This document shows positions 16,691 to 27,179 of a stretch of DNA of 64,000 bases, piece by piece (the stretch's first letter is position 1; every line of letters starts with the position of its first letter). The stretch is taken from the NCBI GenBank assembly GCA_963838175.1, contig CAWIPP010000002.1, positions 948,738 through 1,012,737 on the forward strand, read 5' to 3'. This stretch comes from an uncultured Thermoleophilia bacterium. Its GTDB lineage: Bacteria; Actinomycetota; Thermoleophilia; Solirubrobacterales; 70-9. The position numbers were made by a program, and so were the translations under genes. The notes beneath the pieces were generated by a model. It was not told where the DNA came from. It ran no database searches and was given only the letters and a program-made list of their open reading frames with translations.

Positions 16691-17484
16691 GCGCCGTCAG
16701 CCGGCAGCGTCGCTCCCGATCAGCCCGAGCGCGCAGCTCGCCGTCCTCGGCTGCGTGCGCGTTCCAGTCCCGGTCCGCCTCGTCGAGCTCGGCGAGCTCC
16801 TCCCCGCGGCCGAGCTCGCGGACCGGCTGGCCGTCCGCGGTCAGGTCGACCTCCCACTGGTACCAGGAGAGCTCCCAGGCGACGGTGATCCGTCACCTCG
16901 CCGGGCGTCTCCTCGCGTCGTCACCGCGCTCACGTAGGGCCCGCCGAGCGAGCGGATCAGCCCGCGGACCGTGCGCCGGTGCGGAGCTCTCGTTGAAGCT
17001 CTCGAACGCGCGGCGGATCCGCGCTCCGGGTTCTGCGGCACGCTGCGCCGCCGCGGCGTCGGCTCCGGCGCCTCGCGTTGACGCGGCCGCGCCGGACGCT
17101 CCATGCTCTGACTCGGCGGCTCGGCGCTGGGCTCCGCGACCGACCGGTGACCCTCGCGAGGCTCGCTCCTCGCCTCGCGCGTCGACTTGGGCTCTCGCTC
17201 GGCCTTCGCCTCCGCGCGCTCTGCGGCGCGCGTCGCGGCGCTCTCCCGCGCGCGGCCGAGCAACCGCCTGATCGCGCCCCCGGACTCGCGGTCCTCGTCG
17301 AGCCGCTGCGCGCCGGCGAGCTCGGCGGCGACCCAGCCCGCGCTCTCGGCGCGGACGACGCAGAGGTCGCAGACCTCGCGCGTACTCGCGGTCGCGGGTG
17401 AGGTACGTCGCGGGTCCGCTCGCCCGCGAGCATCGAGCGCTCGCAGATCACGCAGGCGCCCGGCTCGCCGTTGAGATCGACCAT
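16687..17484 (-). CDS. Hypothetical protein with N-terminal CxxC..CxxC zinc-ribbon-like motif, Arg/Glu/Ala-rich linker and conserved-looking C-terminal segment; frame-disrupted
   Basis: ATG at 17484. MVDLNGEPGACVICERSMLAGERTRD / ..YAEVCDLCVVRAESAGW.. / ..IRRAFESFNES.. / ..ITVAWELSWYQWEVDLTADGQPV.. was assembled from three frames by eye. Confidence 0.3.
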
Positions 17485-17530
17485 CGGGGGCACGGTAGCA
17501 ACGGCCCCCGGCGGCTCCGGAAGCCCGGCG

Positions 17531-19650
17531 TCAGGCCGGCTCGGCTCGCTCGCCTCGTCCTCGGCCCGGGCCGCGTCGATCACCTTCTGGGAGAGGTGGC
17601 CCGGGATCTCCTCGTAGCGCTCGAGCTCCATCGTGTAGTCGCCGCGGCCGCCGGTGATCGCGCGCAGGTCGGGCGCGTAGTCGAGGATCTCGGCCATCGG
17701 GACCTCGGCCTTGACCTCGGTCATCGCCGCCCTTCGGCTCCATCCCCAGCGGCCGGCCGCGACGCGAGTTGAGGTCGCCGATCACGTCGCCGACGCGTCC
17801 TCGGGGACCGAGATCGTCATCAGCATGATCGGCTCGAGCAGGACCGGGTCGGCCTCGGCCATCGCCTGCTTGAAGGCCATCGAGCCGCAGATCTTGAACG
17901 CCATCTCCGAGGAGTCGACCGAGTGGTGCTGGCCGTCGTAGAGGCGCACGTGGACGTCCTTGATCGGGTAGCCGGCGACCTCGCCGTGCTCCATCGCCTC
18001 GACGATCCCCTTCTCGACCGCGGGGATGAAGCTGGTCGGGATCACGCCGCCCTTGATCGCCTTCTCGAACTCGAGCCCGGCGCCGGACTCGGCGGGCGAG
18101 AGCTCGATGTGGCAGTCGGCGAACTGGCCGCGGCCGCCGGTCTGCTTCTTGTAGCGGGCGTGCGCCTTGGCGGGCTTGCGGATCGCCTCGAGGTAGGGAA
18201 CCTGCGGCGGCTTCAGCTCGATCTCGGCGCCGTAGCGCTCCTTCATCCGGTCCTTGATCACCTCGACGTGGATCTGGCGTCAGCCCGGCGATGATCTGCT
18301 CGCCGGTCTGCGGATCGCGGTGGACGTCGAGCGTCGGGTCCTCCTCCTTCAGGCGCCGCACTGCGTTGATCGCCTTCTCCTCGTCGCCCTTCGACTTCGG
18401 CGACGTAGGCGAACGCCATCACCGGGGCCGGCAGGTCGAGCGGCGGGAAGGAGAGCTTCGGCCTGCTTCGTGGAGAGCACGTCGCCGGCGTGGGTCTCCT
18501 TCAGCTTCGCGACCGCGCCGATGTCGCCCGGGCCGAGCTCGTCGGTCTGCTCGGACTCCTTGCCCTCGGGCAGGAGCAGCTGGCCGACCCGCTCCTTGGC
18601 GCCGTTGGTGACGTTGACGAGGTGGGAGTCCGACGCTCAGCACCCCGGAGCAGACGCGGACCATGTTGATCCGGCCGACGAACGGGTCGGCGCGGGTCTT
18701 GAAGACGTAGGCGACGAGGTCGGCGTCCTCGTCGGGCTCGCACCTCGACCGTCTCGCCCTCCTCGTCGGTGGCCTTCAGCGCGCCGCGCATCGCCGGCGA
18801 GGGGATGTCCTCGACCAGCGCCTCGAGCAGGCGGCTGGTGCCGAGGTTCTGGGTCGCGACGCCGCAGGTGACGGGGAACAGGTGCGCCTCGGAGACCCCC
18901 TTCTTCAGCGTCGTGACGATCTCCTCGTGTGAGATCTCCTCGCCCTCGAGGTAGCGCTCCATCAGCTCGTCGGAGTTCTCGGCGACCTCGTCCATCAGCT
19001 TCTCGCGGTACTCCTCGGCCTGCTCGCGAAGCTCCTCGGGGATCTCGATCTCCTTCGCCGAGCCGCGCTCGGGGCTCGGGTACTCGAACGCCTTCATGTC
19101 GATCAGGTCGATCACGCCGCGCACCTCGTGCTCGGAGCCGATCGGGATCTCGGTCGCGACGACGTGCGGGCCGAAGGCCTCCTTGAGCGAGTCGAGCGCG
19201 CGGAAGAAGTCGGCGCGCTCGCGGTCGAGCATGTTGACGAAGACGAGCCGCGCCAGGTTCTCGTCGGCCGCGCGGCGCCAGAGCCGGTCGGTGTTGACCT
19301 CGACGCCCATCACGCCGTTGACGACGACGACCGCGGCGTCGACGACGTGCAGCGCCGCCAGCGCCTCGGCGACGAAGCTGGGGTCGCCCGGCGTGTCGAT
19401 CAGGTTGATCTTGCGCCCGTCGTGCTCGAACGAGGTCAGCGCGGCGCCGATCGACATCTGCGCGGGCGTGCTCGTCGGGCTCGTAGTCGGAGACCGTGGA
19501 GCCGTCCTCGACCTTGCCGAGCCGGTTGACGATCCCGGCCTCGTAGAGCAGCGCCTCGGTCAGCGAGGTCTTGCCCGAGCCGCGGTGGCCGATCAGGGCG
19601 ACGTTGCGGATCCGGTCGGCGGGCTTCCTCGCCAGCCACGGCGGCAACAT
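17531..19650 (-). CDS. Elongation factor G paralog (EF-G-like GTPase); at least 6 frame shifts in this sequence
   Basis: ATG at 19650. ..[24 protein letters not shown].. (G1), ..[12 protein letters not shown].. (G3), ..FVNMLDRE.. (G4). Domains IV and V (..[18 protein letters not shown]..; ..[19 protein letters not shown]..; ..[20 protein letters not shown]..) are found in successive frames. The 3' end is uncertain. Confidence 0.75.
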
Positions 19651-19670
19651 ATCTGAACGGCCGCGCGTCG

Positions 19671-20448
19671 CTACGGTCGGGCTGGAGGTTCGAGCGCAGG
19701 CCGAGCACGGCCTTGGTGTGGAGCTGGGAGACCCGGGACTCGGTCACGCCGAGGACCTCGCCGATCTCGCGGAGGGTCAGGTTCTCGTAGTAGTAGAGGG
19801 CGACGACGAGCCGCTCGCGCTCGGGCAGCGACTCGATCGCGTCGGCGAGCCGGTCCTTGAGCTCCGCGGCGTCCATCTCCCGCTCGGGGTCGACCGCGTT
19901 CGGATCGTGGATCGTGTCGAGCAGCGAGACCTGGCCGCCGTCGGGGTCGGCGATCGTCCAGAGGTCGTCGAGCGCGAGGACCGAGGAGTTGGCGATCTCG
20001 AGCAGCGTGTCGTCGGAACTCGTCCACGCCCATGTCGAGCTCCTTCGCCATCTCCTCGTCGGTCGGCGCCCGCTGAAGCGTGTTCTCGAGCTTCGCGTGC
20101 GCCTTCTCGACGTCCCGCGCCTTCGAGCGAACCGAGCGCGGCACCCAGTCGAGCGAGCGCAGCTCGTCGATGATCGCGCCCTTGATCCGCGAGACCGCGA
20201 AGGTCTCGAACTTGATCTCGCGCTCGAGGGTCGTAAGCGCTCGATCGCGCCGATCAGCCCGAGCAGGCCGTAGGAGATGAGGTCGGCCTCCTCGACGTGC
20301 GAGGGAAGCCCCGAGGCCATCCGCCCGGCCACGTACTTGACCAGGGGCGAATAGGCGACCACGAGTCGCTCCCTGGCGCGCTCGTCCCCGTCTTGCTTGC
20401 AGGCCGCCAGAGCTCTCGAAGCTCGACTGCTTTGACCTGAGTTTCCAT
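19671..20448 (-). CDS. RNA polymerase sigma factor, FliA/WhiG (sigma-28) family; frame-disrupted
   Basis: Pieces in three frames: ..VVAYSPLVKYVAGRMASGLPSHVEEADLISYGLLGLIGAIE.. (region 2), ..EIKFETFAVSRIKGAIIDELRSLDWVPRSVR.. (region 3), ..ERERLVVALYYYENLTLREIGEVLGVTESRVSQLHTKAV.. (region 4). Confidence 0.75.
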
Positions 20449-20508
20449 CCTCGTCCCGCCGGGGACCCGTAGAACGTTACCCGTACATCCGTCCAGGCTG
20501 CACGCCGG

Positions 20509-21436
20509 TTACGCGCGTGGGTGGGCGCGTTCATATTGCTTTCGAAGCCGCGAGGGCTCGACCCGCGTGTAGATCTGCGTGGTCGAGACGCTCGAGTGGC
20601 CGAGCAGCTCCTGGATCGAGCGCAGGTCGGCCCCGCCCTCGAGCAGGTGGGTGGCGAACGAGTGCCGGAGGGAGTGCGGCGACACGCGTCCGGCGATCGC
20701 CGCCTCGCGGACCCAGCGCTCGAGCCGGCGCCGGACGTCCGAGGGGGAAAGCCGGCGACCGCGGCGGGAGATGAACAGCGCCGGCTCGCCGGGATGGTCG
20801 GCGAGCGCCGGCCGCGCGACCGACAGATAGCGCTCCAGCGCCCGCTGGGCGGGCTCGCCGACCGGGACCATCCGCACCTTGCCCCCCTTGCCGTCGACGC
20901 GCACCCGCTCGGACTCGAAGTCGACGTCGCCCAGGTCGAGGTCGACGATCTCCTCGCAGCGAAGCCCGCAGGAGTAGGCGATCTCGAACAGCGCCCGATC
21001 GCGGATCTCGAGCGGGTCGCGAGGCGGGGATCCGCTCCAGCAGGGCACGCATCTGTCGGGGCCGAGCACCCGCGGCAGCCGCTGCTCGCGCTTCGGCGAG
21101 GGCATGCAGCTCCGCCGGGTTCTGGGCCAGCTCGCCGGTTCGCACCATGTGGTCGAAGAGGCTCCGGGTCGAGGCGAGCTTGCGGGCGATCGTCGACTTC
21201 GCCGCGCCCGACTCCGAGAGCGCCGCCGCGTAGGAGCGCAGGTCGCGTGTAGCCGACGTCGGCCGGCTCGCAGGCCGCGCGCGCCCGCCCACCCGCCGAG
21301 ACGGCGCAGGTCGGTGCGATACGCGCGCCGGGTCGAATCCGCCGCCCCGCGGCGCCGCAGCTCGCGGTCGAAGCGCGCGAGCGCCTCCTCCCAGCCCGCG
21401 CTCAGCTCCTGCCCCGTCCCTGGACTCGTCGGCCAT
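20509..21436 (-). CDS. Tyrosine recombinase XerC/XerD family; frame-disrupted in the N-terminal half
   Basis: The C-terminal 180 aa are intact: ..LFEIAYSCGLRCEEIV..VRVDGKGGKVRMVP..HSLRHSFATHLLEGGADLRSIQELLGHSSVSTTQIYTRV. The N-terminal SAM-like domain (..TRRAYRTDLRRL.., ..STIARKLASTRSLFDHMV..) is spread over two frames. Confidence 0.8.
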
Positions 21437-21511
21437 ACGACGATGGTTCGCCGCGAGCCTGCGCCGCCCTCCCGGTGCACGCCGGTGCGGGGAAGACCGT
21501 GTCGGCAGGCG

Positions 21512-22561
21512 CTACTGGATGTAGACCGGCGTGCCGACCTCGACCTGGTCGTAGAGCTCGATCACGTCGGGGACCGCCATGCGGATGCAGCCGTGCGACT
21601 GGCTGCCGAGCCGAGCGAGCCGACGTCGTCGGTGCCGTGGATCCCGGCGCCGGCGTAGATCCCCATCCACCGAGCCTTGAGCGGGTTCTCGGGCACGCCG
21701 CCGGGGACCGTGGTGCCGGCGAGGTCGCCGGCCCAGTCGGAGTTGGGGACGCTCCAGACCGGGTCGACCTGCTTCGACTCGATCGGGTAGACGCCCGGTC
21801 GGGGTGTCGTAGCCGGCCTGGCCGACGGCGACGGTGTACTCGCTCGCCAGCTCGAGGCTCTCGTAGTGGCGGAGGGTGAAGCTCGCGCGATCGACGGTGA
21901 TGTAGTCCGGATACTGCGCCGCCAGCTCCTCGGTCGTCACCTCGGGCTCGACGGTCTCCACCTTCGCCTTCACGGTCCGCGGTCCGGGGTCGCCGCTCTC
22001 GAGGACCCGCTTGATGTCGTCGCGCAGCTCGTCCTCCCGTACCGCGCGGCCCTCCTCGCCCGGCACCGGCTCGAGGCTCGTCGGTGGTCGGGCTCGATCG
22101 CTGGCGTCCTGCGGCTCGGTGTTGACCTTGGCGGCGACCCCTTCGACGAAGCGCTCGACCGCGGTCTCCGAGTAAGCGACCTCGGGATCGATCTGGTGGT
22201 CGACCTCGCCACCGGTCGCGTAGCGGATCAGACGCGAGGGCAGCCGCCCTCGCGGCTGGCGGTGAGCGCCTCCGCGACCATCCCGTCGACGTCGGCGCGG
22301 ACGTCGAGGTCGGAGGCGTGGAGCGTGTAGTCCTCGCCGTCGTAGGTGACGACGACGGGCTTCTGGTAGAGGCTTGACCAGCTCGTGCTTCAGCAGCTCG
22401 GTCGCCTGCTGCTCGTCGAGGCCGCCGAGGTCGATGCTCCCCACGCGGACGCCCTCGGCGATCTCGCCGGACTTCGAGTCATCCCAAGCGTAGGCTCCCA
22501 CCGCTGCCGCGATCAGGAGCACCACCCCGCAGACGATCGCTATGAGGGTCTTCGTCCCCAT
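21512..22561 (-). CDS. L,D-transpeptidase (YkuD domain) with N-terminal membrane anchor; frame-disrupted
   Basis: MGTKTLIAIVCGVVLLIAAAVGAYAW.. is the anchor. The C-terminal ..SHGCIRMAVPDVIELYDQVEVGTPVYIQ is the YkuD catalytic His/Cys motif. The middle needs frame changes. Confidence 0.7.
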   Translation of the reverse strand: MGTKTLIAIVCGVVLLIAAAVGAYAWDDSKSGEIAEGVRVGSIDLGGLDEQQATELLKHELVKPLPEARRRHLRRRGLHAPRLRPRRPRRRRRDGRGGAHRQPRGRLPSRLIRYATGGEVDHQIDPEVAYSETAVERFVEGVAAKVNTEPQDASDRARPPTSLEPVPGEEGRAVREDELRDDIKRVLESGDPGPRTVKAKVETVEPEVTTEELAAQYPDYITVDRASFTLRHYESLELASEYTVAVGQAGYDTPTGRLPDRVEAGRPGLERPQLRLGRRPRRHHGPRRRAREPAQGSVDGDLRRRRDPRHRRRRLARLGSQSHGCIRMAVPDVIELYDQVEVGTPVYIQ

Positions 22562-22645
22562 CGGTCGTCGTGGAGAGTGTAGGGAGCGGTTCCGGCGTCA
22601 CCACGCGTTTTAGTGCGAAATGCAACCCGGTTTGCGGCGGCGGTG

Positions 22646-23759
22646 CTAGATCCCGAGCGGCTCCTTGTCGGCGGACTCGCCCTTCTCGCGCCGCACGTGC
22701 GGGCTCCAGCGCAGGAACTCCTCGACTTCGCGCTCGTAGGTGTAGGAGCGATCGGCGCCGCGCAGGATCGGGTGGAGCCGCAGGTGCTCGCCGAGCTTCA
22801 TCGCCGTCTCGCGCGATGTGTAGCCGTAACGGAACCCGGCCGCCTTGTACTTGCGGTTGTCGAGCCCTCGGCCGAAGCGAAGCTGGTTGACGATCTCGTC
22901 GGGAAAGCGAAGGCCGAGCCGCCGCAACGGCGCCGCGAGCAGCCCCGTCCCCCACGGCGGCAGCACCGGGAGCGGCCGCTTGCCGAGCAGGTCGATCAGC
23001 TCGGAGTAGGCGAGCACTCCGTCACCCGCGACGTTGTAGATGCCCGGCACGTAGTGGAAGGCGGCGTGCTCGAGCGCGTGCACCACGTCGTCCTCGTGGA
23101 CGACCTGAAAGCGCGGGATCGAAGCCGAGCACCATCGGCACCGCGGGGAGCGAGAAGAGCGTCGTGAACGAGGTGCGCACGTCCGGGCCGAGCACGTTCG
23201 AGAAGCGGAGGATCGTCACCGTCGGTGTCGGGACGCCTCTCCGCGAACTCGGCGACCGCTGCCTCCGCCTCGACGATGTCGCGCTCGATCGGTGTCCCGG
23301 GCGGGTGCGGCCTCGACATCTCCTCGGTGAAGAAAGCCGGGTCGTCCTGCTCGCAGCCGTACCAGTGGGCCGAGCCCTTGAAGACGAACTTGCGCACCGG
23401 CGAATCGGCGCCGGTGCAGGCCGCGAGGATGTTCATCGTCCCGATCACGTTGTTCTCGTGGGCAAGTCGCGGCGCGGTGACGAGCGAGTCGACCACCAGG
23501 CGGGTGTCGATCACGGTGTCGATCTCCGCCGCCGGACGATCCGCTGGATCAGCGAGTGCTGGTTCGAGACGCGGACGAACTCGGTCCGCTCGAGCTCGCG
23601 GGTGGGGTCCTCGTTGTCGACCCCGATGATCGTCTCGATCTCGGGGAAGCTCTCGAGCGCCTGGGCAAGCCGCCCGCCCCAGTAGGTGGAGAGGCCGGTG
23701 ACGAGAACGCGCTTGGTCGAACCGTCCTCCGCGCCGATGCGTGCGGGAAGCTCGTTCAT
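22646..23759 (-). CDS. NAD-dependent epimerase/dehydratase (SDR family); frame-disrupted
   Basis: ATG at 23759. ..KRVLVTGLSTYWGGRLAQAL.. (Rossmann GxxGxxG-like), ..NVIGTMNILAAC.., ..ILRFSNVLGP.., with an intact C-terminal 146 aa (ORF 22646-23086). Confidence 0.75.
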
Positions 23760-24693
23760 CCGAACCAGACGGACTTCCGAGTCGAGACCATCTCGTGCAG
23801 GTTCTCCTGGATCCGAGCTCGGATCTCCTGCGCGACGGTCTGAACGAGCGCCCGGTCCGAGGCGGGGTCGGCGCCCATCGTGCGCGGTGTCGATCGGCTC
23901 GAGGAAGCGGAGCTTGAACTTCGCCGGCAGGTAGCCCAGCATCCCGAGCGGGCCGAGCCAGGGAAACGTCGGCGTCAGCGGGAAGTAGAGGAGCCCGGTG
24001 AGCCGCTTCATCAGCCCCACCTGGGCGAAGATCGGCGCGGCCTCCTCGGCGCCGACAACGCAGACCGGGACGAGCTTCGCCTCTGGCGCGCATCGCTGCG
24101 TCGACGAAGCCGCCGCGGCCGAAGCGCCGCAGCCGGTAGCGGTCCTTGTAGAGCTTCTCGGTCCCCTTGCGGCCCTCCGGGAAGACGAGCACGAGCTGCT
24201 CCTCGTCGAAGAGCAGCCGGTGGACGTTGGCGGGATGGGCGGCGACGCAGCCGACCTTCGGGATCAGCATCGAGAAGCCGGGATAGCCCTTGAAGAAGTG
24301 TTCGACGGTGATGTTGAGCGGTCGCGGCGAAGAATGCTCTTCGCGGATCGCCCGCGCGATCATCGCCGCGTCGGGGGGCAGCGCCCCGGAGTGGTTGGAG
24401 ACGAGCAGCGCGCCGCCCTGGGCGGGGACGTTCTCGATCCCCTCGACCTCTGTGCGGAACCAGTAGCGATAGAAGAACTCGACCACCGTGCTGTCGAGGG
24501 CGCCCTCGATCCGCTCCGAGCGCCCCCAGTCGTCAACCGTCCGCTCCGGCTCGATCGCCGGCAGGAGCTCGCGCATGCGGTCGGCCTCGCGGCGCTCGGG
24601 GAGCAGGTCGGAGGACTCGTCCTCGATCCGTGGCGCGGCTTCGTCGGGAGCGAGGCGGCGATCGAGTTCGATCGGGAGCCATCGCGCCCGCAT
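23756..24693 (-). CDS. Lysophospholipid (1-acyl-glycerol-3-phosphate) acyltransferase family protein; frame-disrupted
   Basis: ORF 22996-24693, N-terminal part: ..ALLVSNHSGALPPDAAMI.. (HX4D-type block), ..LVLVFPEGRKGTEK.. (EGTR-type block). Its stop overlaps the epimerase ATG (ATGA). Confidence 0.7.
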
Positions 24694-24762
24694 TCAATGC
24701 AGTCGAAAGCATAGCTGATCCGGCGCGTGCACCAGCTCGGTGAACGCCGAGGCGGGTCGACA

Positions 24763-25476
24763 ATGAGGTCGAAGGAGAAAGTGAGACGCGAGATCTGGGC
24801 CTCGATGGACCGCGAAGGGGTGTCGCGTTTCCCCGGCGCGGAGGGGCGGATCCCGAACTTCGCCGGCGCCAAGCTCTCCGCCCAGCGGCTCTCCGGGCAC
24901 CGGCTCTGGAAGCGCGCCCGCACGATCAAGGCGAACCCGGACTCGCCGCAGACCCACGTTCGCCGGATCGCCCTGGAGGAGGGCAAGACGCTGGTGATGG
25001 CCGTGCCGAGGCTGCGCGACCCCCACCCGTTCCGGCTGCTCGACCCGCGCAAGCTCTCCGCAAAGCAGATCCGCGAGGCGGCGACGATCAAGGGCGCACT
25101 GCGCCATGGCCGGCTGGTCGCCGAGGAGGAGATGCCCGAGATCGACTTCCTGCTCAACGGCTCGGTCGCGGTCAACCTGAACGGCGCGCGGATCGGCAAG
25201 GGGGGCGGCTACTCGGACCTCGAGTTCGGCCTTTTGGCCGAGGCCGGGCGGATCGACGAGCACACGGTGGTGGCGACGACCATCCACCCGATCCAGATCA
25301 TGCGCGAGAACCTGATGATGACCGACCACGATCTGCCGATCGACCTGATCGCGACGCCGCGGACGATGATCGACGTGGAGCGCGCCTACGACCGGCCGCG
25401 CGGAATCCTCTGGGACCACCTCCAGCCGCCGCAGATCCGCGAGATCCCGATCCTCGAGCGGATGGGGTATGCCTGA
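24763..25476 (+). CDS. 5-formyltetrahydrofolate cyclo-ligase family protein
   Basis: ATG at 24763 in ORF 24727-25476. ..KEKVRREIW..IKANPDSPQ..VAVNLNGARIGKGGGYSDLEF.. Confidence 0.7.
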   Translation: MRSKEKVRREIWASMDREGVSRFPGAEGRIPNFAGAKLSAQRLSGHRLWKRARTIKANPDSPQTHVRRIALEEGKTLVMAVPRLRDPHPFRLLDPRKLSAKQIREAATIKGALRHGRLVAEEEMPEIDFLLNGSVAVNLNGARIGKGGGYSDLEFGLLAEAGRIDEHTVVATTIHPIQIMRENLMMTDHDLPIDLIATPRTMIDVERAYDRPRGILWDHLQPPQIREIPILERMGYA

Positions 25477-25479
25477 GCG

Positions 25480-27075
25480 CTAGAGCCCACGCTCGACAGA
25501 GCAGCCGACCGCAGTGTCGCGCGCGCCGCCGCCGTCGCAGGTGTCCTGTCCGCGACCACCGAACATCCGGTCACCTCCGCCACCCCCCAACAGCATGTCG
25601 AGCCCACGGCCGCCGCAAAGGACGTCGTCGCCGCCGAGGCCGCGAACGGTGTCGGTTCGTCGGCCCGCCGAGATCACATCCCGTCCCGGGGTGCCCCGCA
25701 GGCGGTCGGGCCCCGGGTCGCCGAGGATCGTCGCCGGCCTGCCGCCGCAGCGACCCCTGGGCAGGGGCGGCGCCGGTGGGCCCGGCTCCGGCGATTCCGA
25801 TCCCGCCGGTTCCGGCGCGTGTGGGACCGGTGGGGACGACTCCGGAACCGGCGGTTCCGGCGCGGGTTGCGGGCAGCCGCCTCCGGTTGAGCTCTCGTCG
25901 GTAAGTCTGTAGACGGGACCCAGGATCGACACCATGTAGATGCGGCAGGAGGCGTCCTCGCCGAAGGACGCCGGAAGGTCGACGCTGAGCCCCTCGGAGC
26001 GGTCGTCCACCGGCGGCCCGAAGTCAAGCGAACGGAGCTCGCCGCCGCAGAGGTCGGCGAAGAGGTAGCGGCCGTAGAGATCACCGAGACCCGTGTCTCG
26101 CACCACATAGCCGCCCGTCACCGAGCAGCTGCCGGGTCCATGCGGGTACTCGAACACCGGCTCAGTGAAGTCCTGGAGGACGTCGCAGGGGGGAGCCGTC
26201 GAATAGCGGTGTGTCCCCTCCATGCAGTTCCAGCCGAAGTTGTCGCCCTTCCCGGGGTTGGGACTCGTCAGGTAGTCGACCTCCTCCCACGACTCCTGCC
26301 CGACGTCGCCGATCACCAGGTCCCCGGTGAGTCGATCGAACGAGAAACGCCAGGGGTTGCGAAACCCGTCGCTCCATATCTCGTCCTCGCCCGGCGTCGG
26401 TCCGGCATAGGGATTGTCCTCAGGCGCCGTGTAATCGCCAGGTCCGGAGCCCTCGGGGTCGATGCGGAGGATGCTGCCCTGCAGGTCCTGCAGGTCCTGG
26501 GAGCTGCCGTTGGGGTCCCCCTGCGGGCCGCCGTCGCCCGTCGACGCGTAGAGGTAACCGTCGGGCCCGAACTGAAGCTGGCCGCCGTAGTGGAGCTGTT
26601 CGTCGAGTTGAGTCGCCGGATACTCGATCGTGAGCACCCCTCGGCGGCTGTCCGGATCGGCGGTGTCGCCTTCGGCCCTGAACTCGTCCAGATGCCACGC
26701 ACCCGTCTCGTCCGCCTGCGTGTCCGGGTCGTCCTCGCCGCGATACGTGACGTAGAAGAGACGATCGGTCGCGAAGGCCGGGGAGAACGCGATCGAGAAC
26801 AGCCCCCCTTCATTGCTCTCCGTCCCCGGCTCGGGCGGGCTCAGGACCAGCGGCTCGATGTCGAGGAAGGGGGTTGGGGAAGCTCCGTACTCGACCAGCT
26901 GGATCCGACCGGCCCGCTCGACGACGAACAACCGATCCGGATCGCCGGGATCCGACGTCAGGTATGTGGGTTCGGCGAACGTCCCGATCGGCTCGAGCGA
27001 CAGCGCATGCGCGTTCCCCGGAGCAAGGAGCCCCAGGACGATGAGCGGGAGGGTGAGAAACAGTCGTCCCCGCAT
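25480..27075 (-). CDS. Secreted PQQ-dependent sugar (glucose/sorbosone) dehydrogenase-like beta-propeller with Pro-rich linker and C-terminal Gly/Asp-rich calcium-binding-type repeats
   Basis: 531 aa. Signal-like MRGRLFLTLPLIVLGLLAPGNAHA. ..HYGGQLQFGPDGYLYASTGDGG..FRNPWRFSFD.. The tail is ..GLGGDDVLCGGRGLDMLLGGGGGDRMFGGRGQDTCDGG.. Confidence 0.75.
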   Translation of the reverse strand: MRGRLFLTLPLIVLGLLAPGNAHALSLEPIGTFAEPTYLTSDPGDPDRLFVVERAGRIQLVEYGASPTPFLDIEPLVLSPPEPGTESNEGGLFSIAFSPAFATDRLFYVTYRGEDDPDTQADETGAWHLDEFRAEGDTADPDSRRGVLTIEYPATQLDEQLHYGGQLQFGPDGYLYASTGDGGPQGDPNGSSQDLQDLQGSILRIDPEGSGPGDYTAPEDNPYAGPTPGEDEIWSDGFRNPWRFSFDRLTGDLVIGDVGQESWEEVDYLTSPNPGKGDNFGWNCMEGTHRYSTAPPCDVLQDFTEPVFEYPHGPGSCSVTGGYVVRDTGLGDLYGRYLFADLCGGELRSLDFGPPVDDRSEGLSVDLPASFGEDASCRIYMVSILGPVYRLTDESSTGGGCPQPAPEPPVPESSPPVPHAPEPAGSESPEPGPPAPPLPRGRCGGRPATILGDPGPDRLRGTPGRDVISAGRRTDTVRGLGGDDVLCGGRGLDMLLGGGGGDRMFGGRGQDTCDGGGARDTAVGCSVERGL

Positions 27076-27179
27076 GGCCTGTGCGTGAGTCTGGCAACGG
27101 GCGGCACCTACTCCGGGTGACTAATGCACCCAGCCCCCCGCCGTCGACAACCGAACGCTTGCCTGAGATCCTTCCCGTC

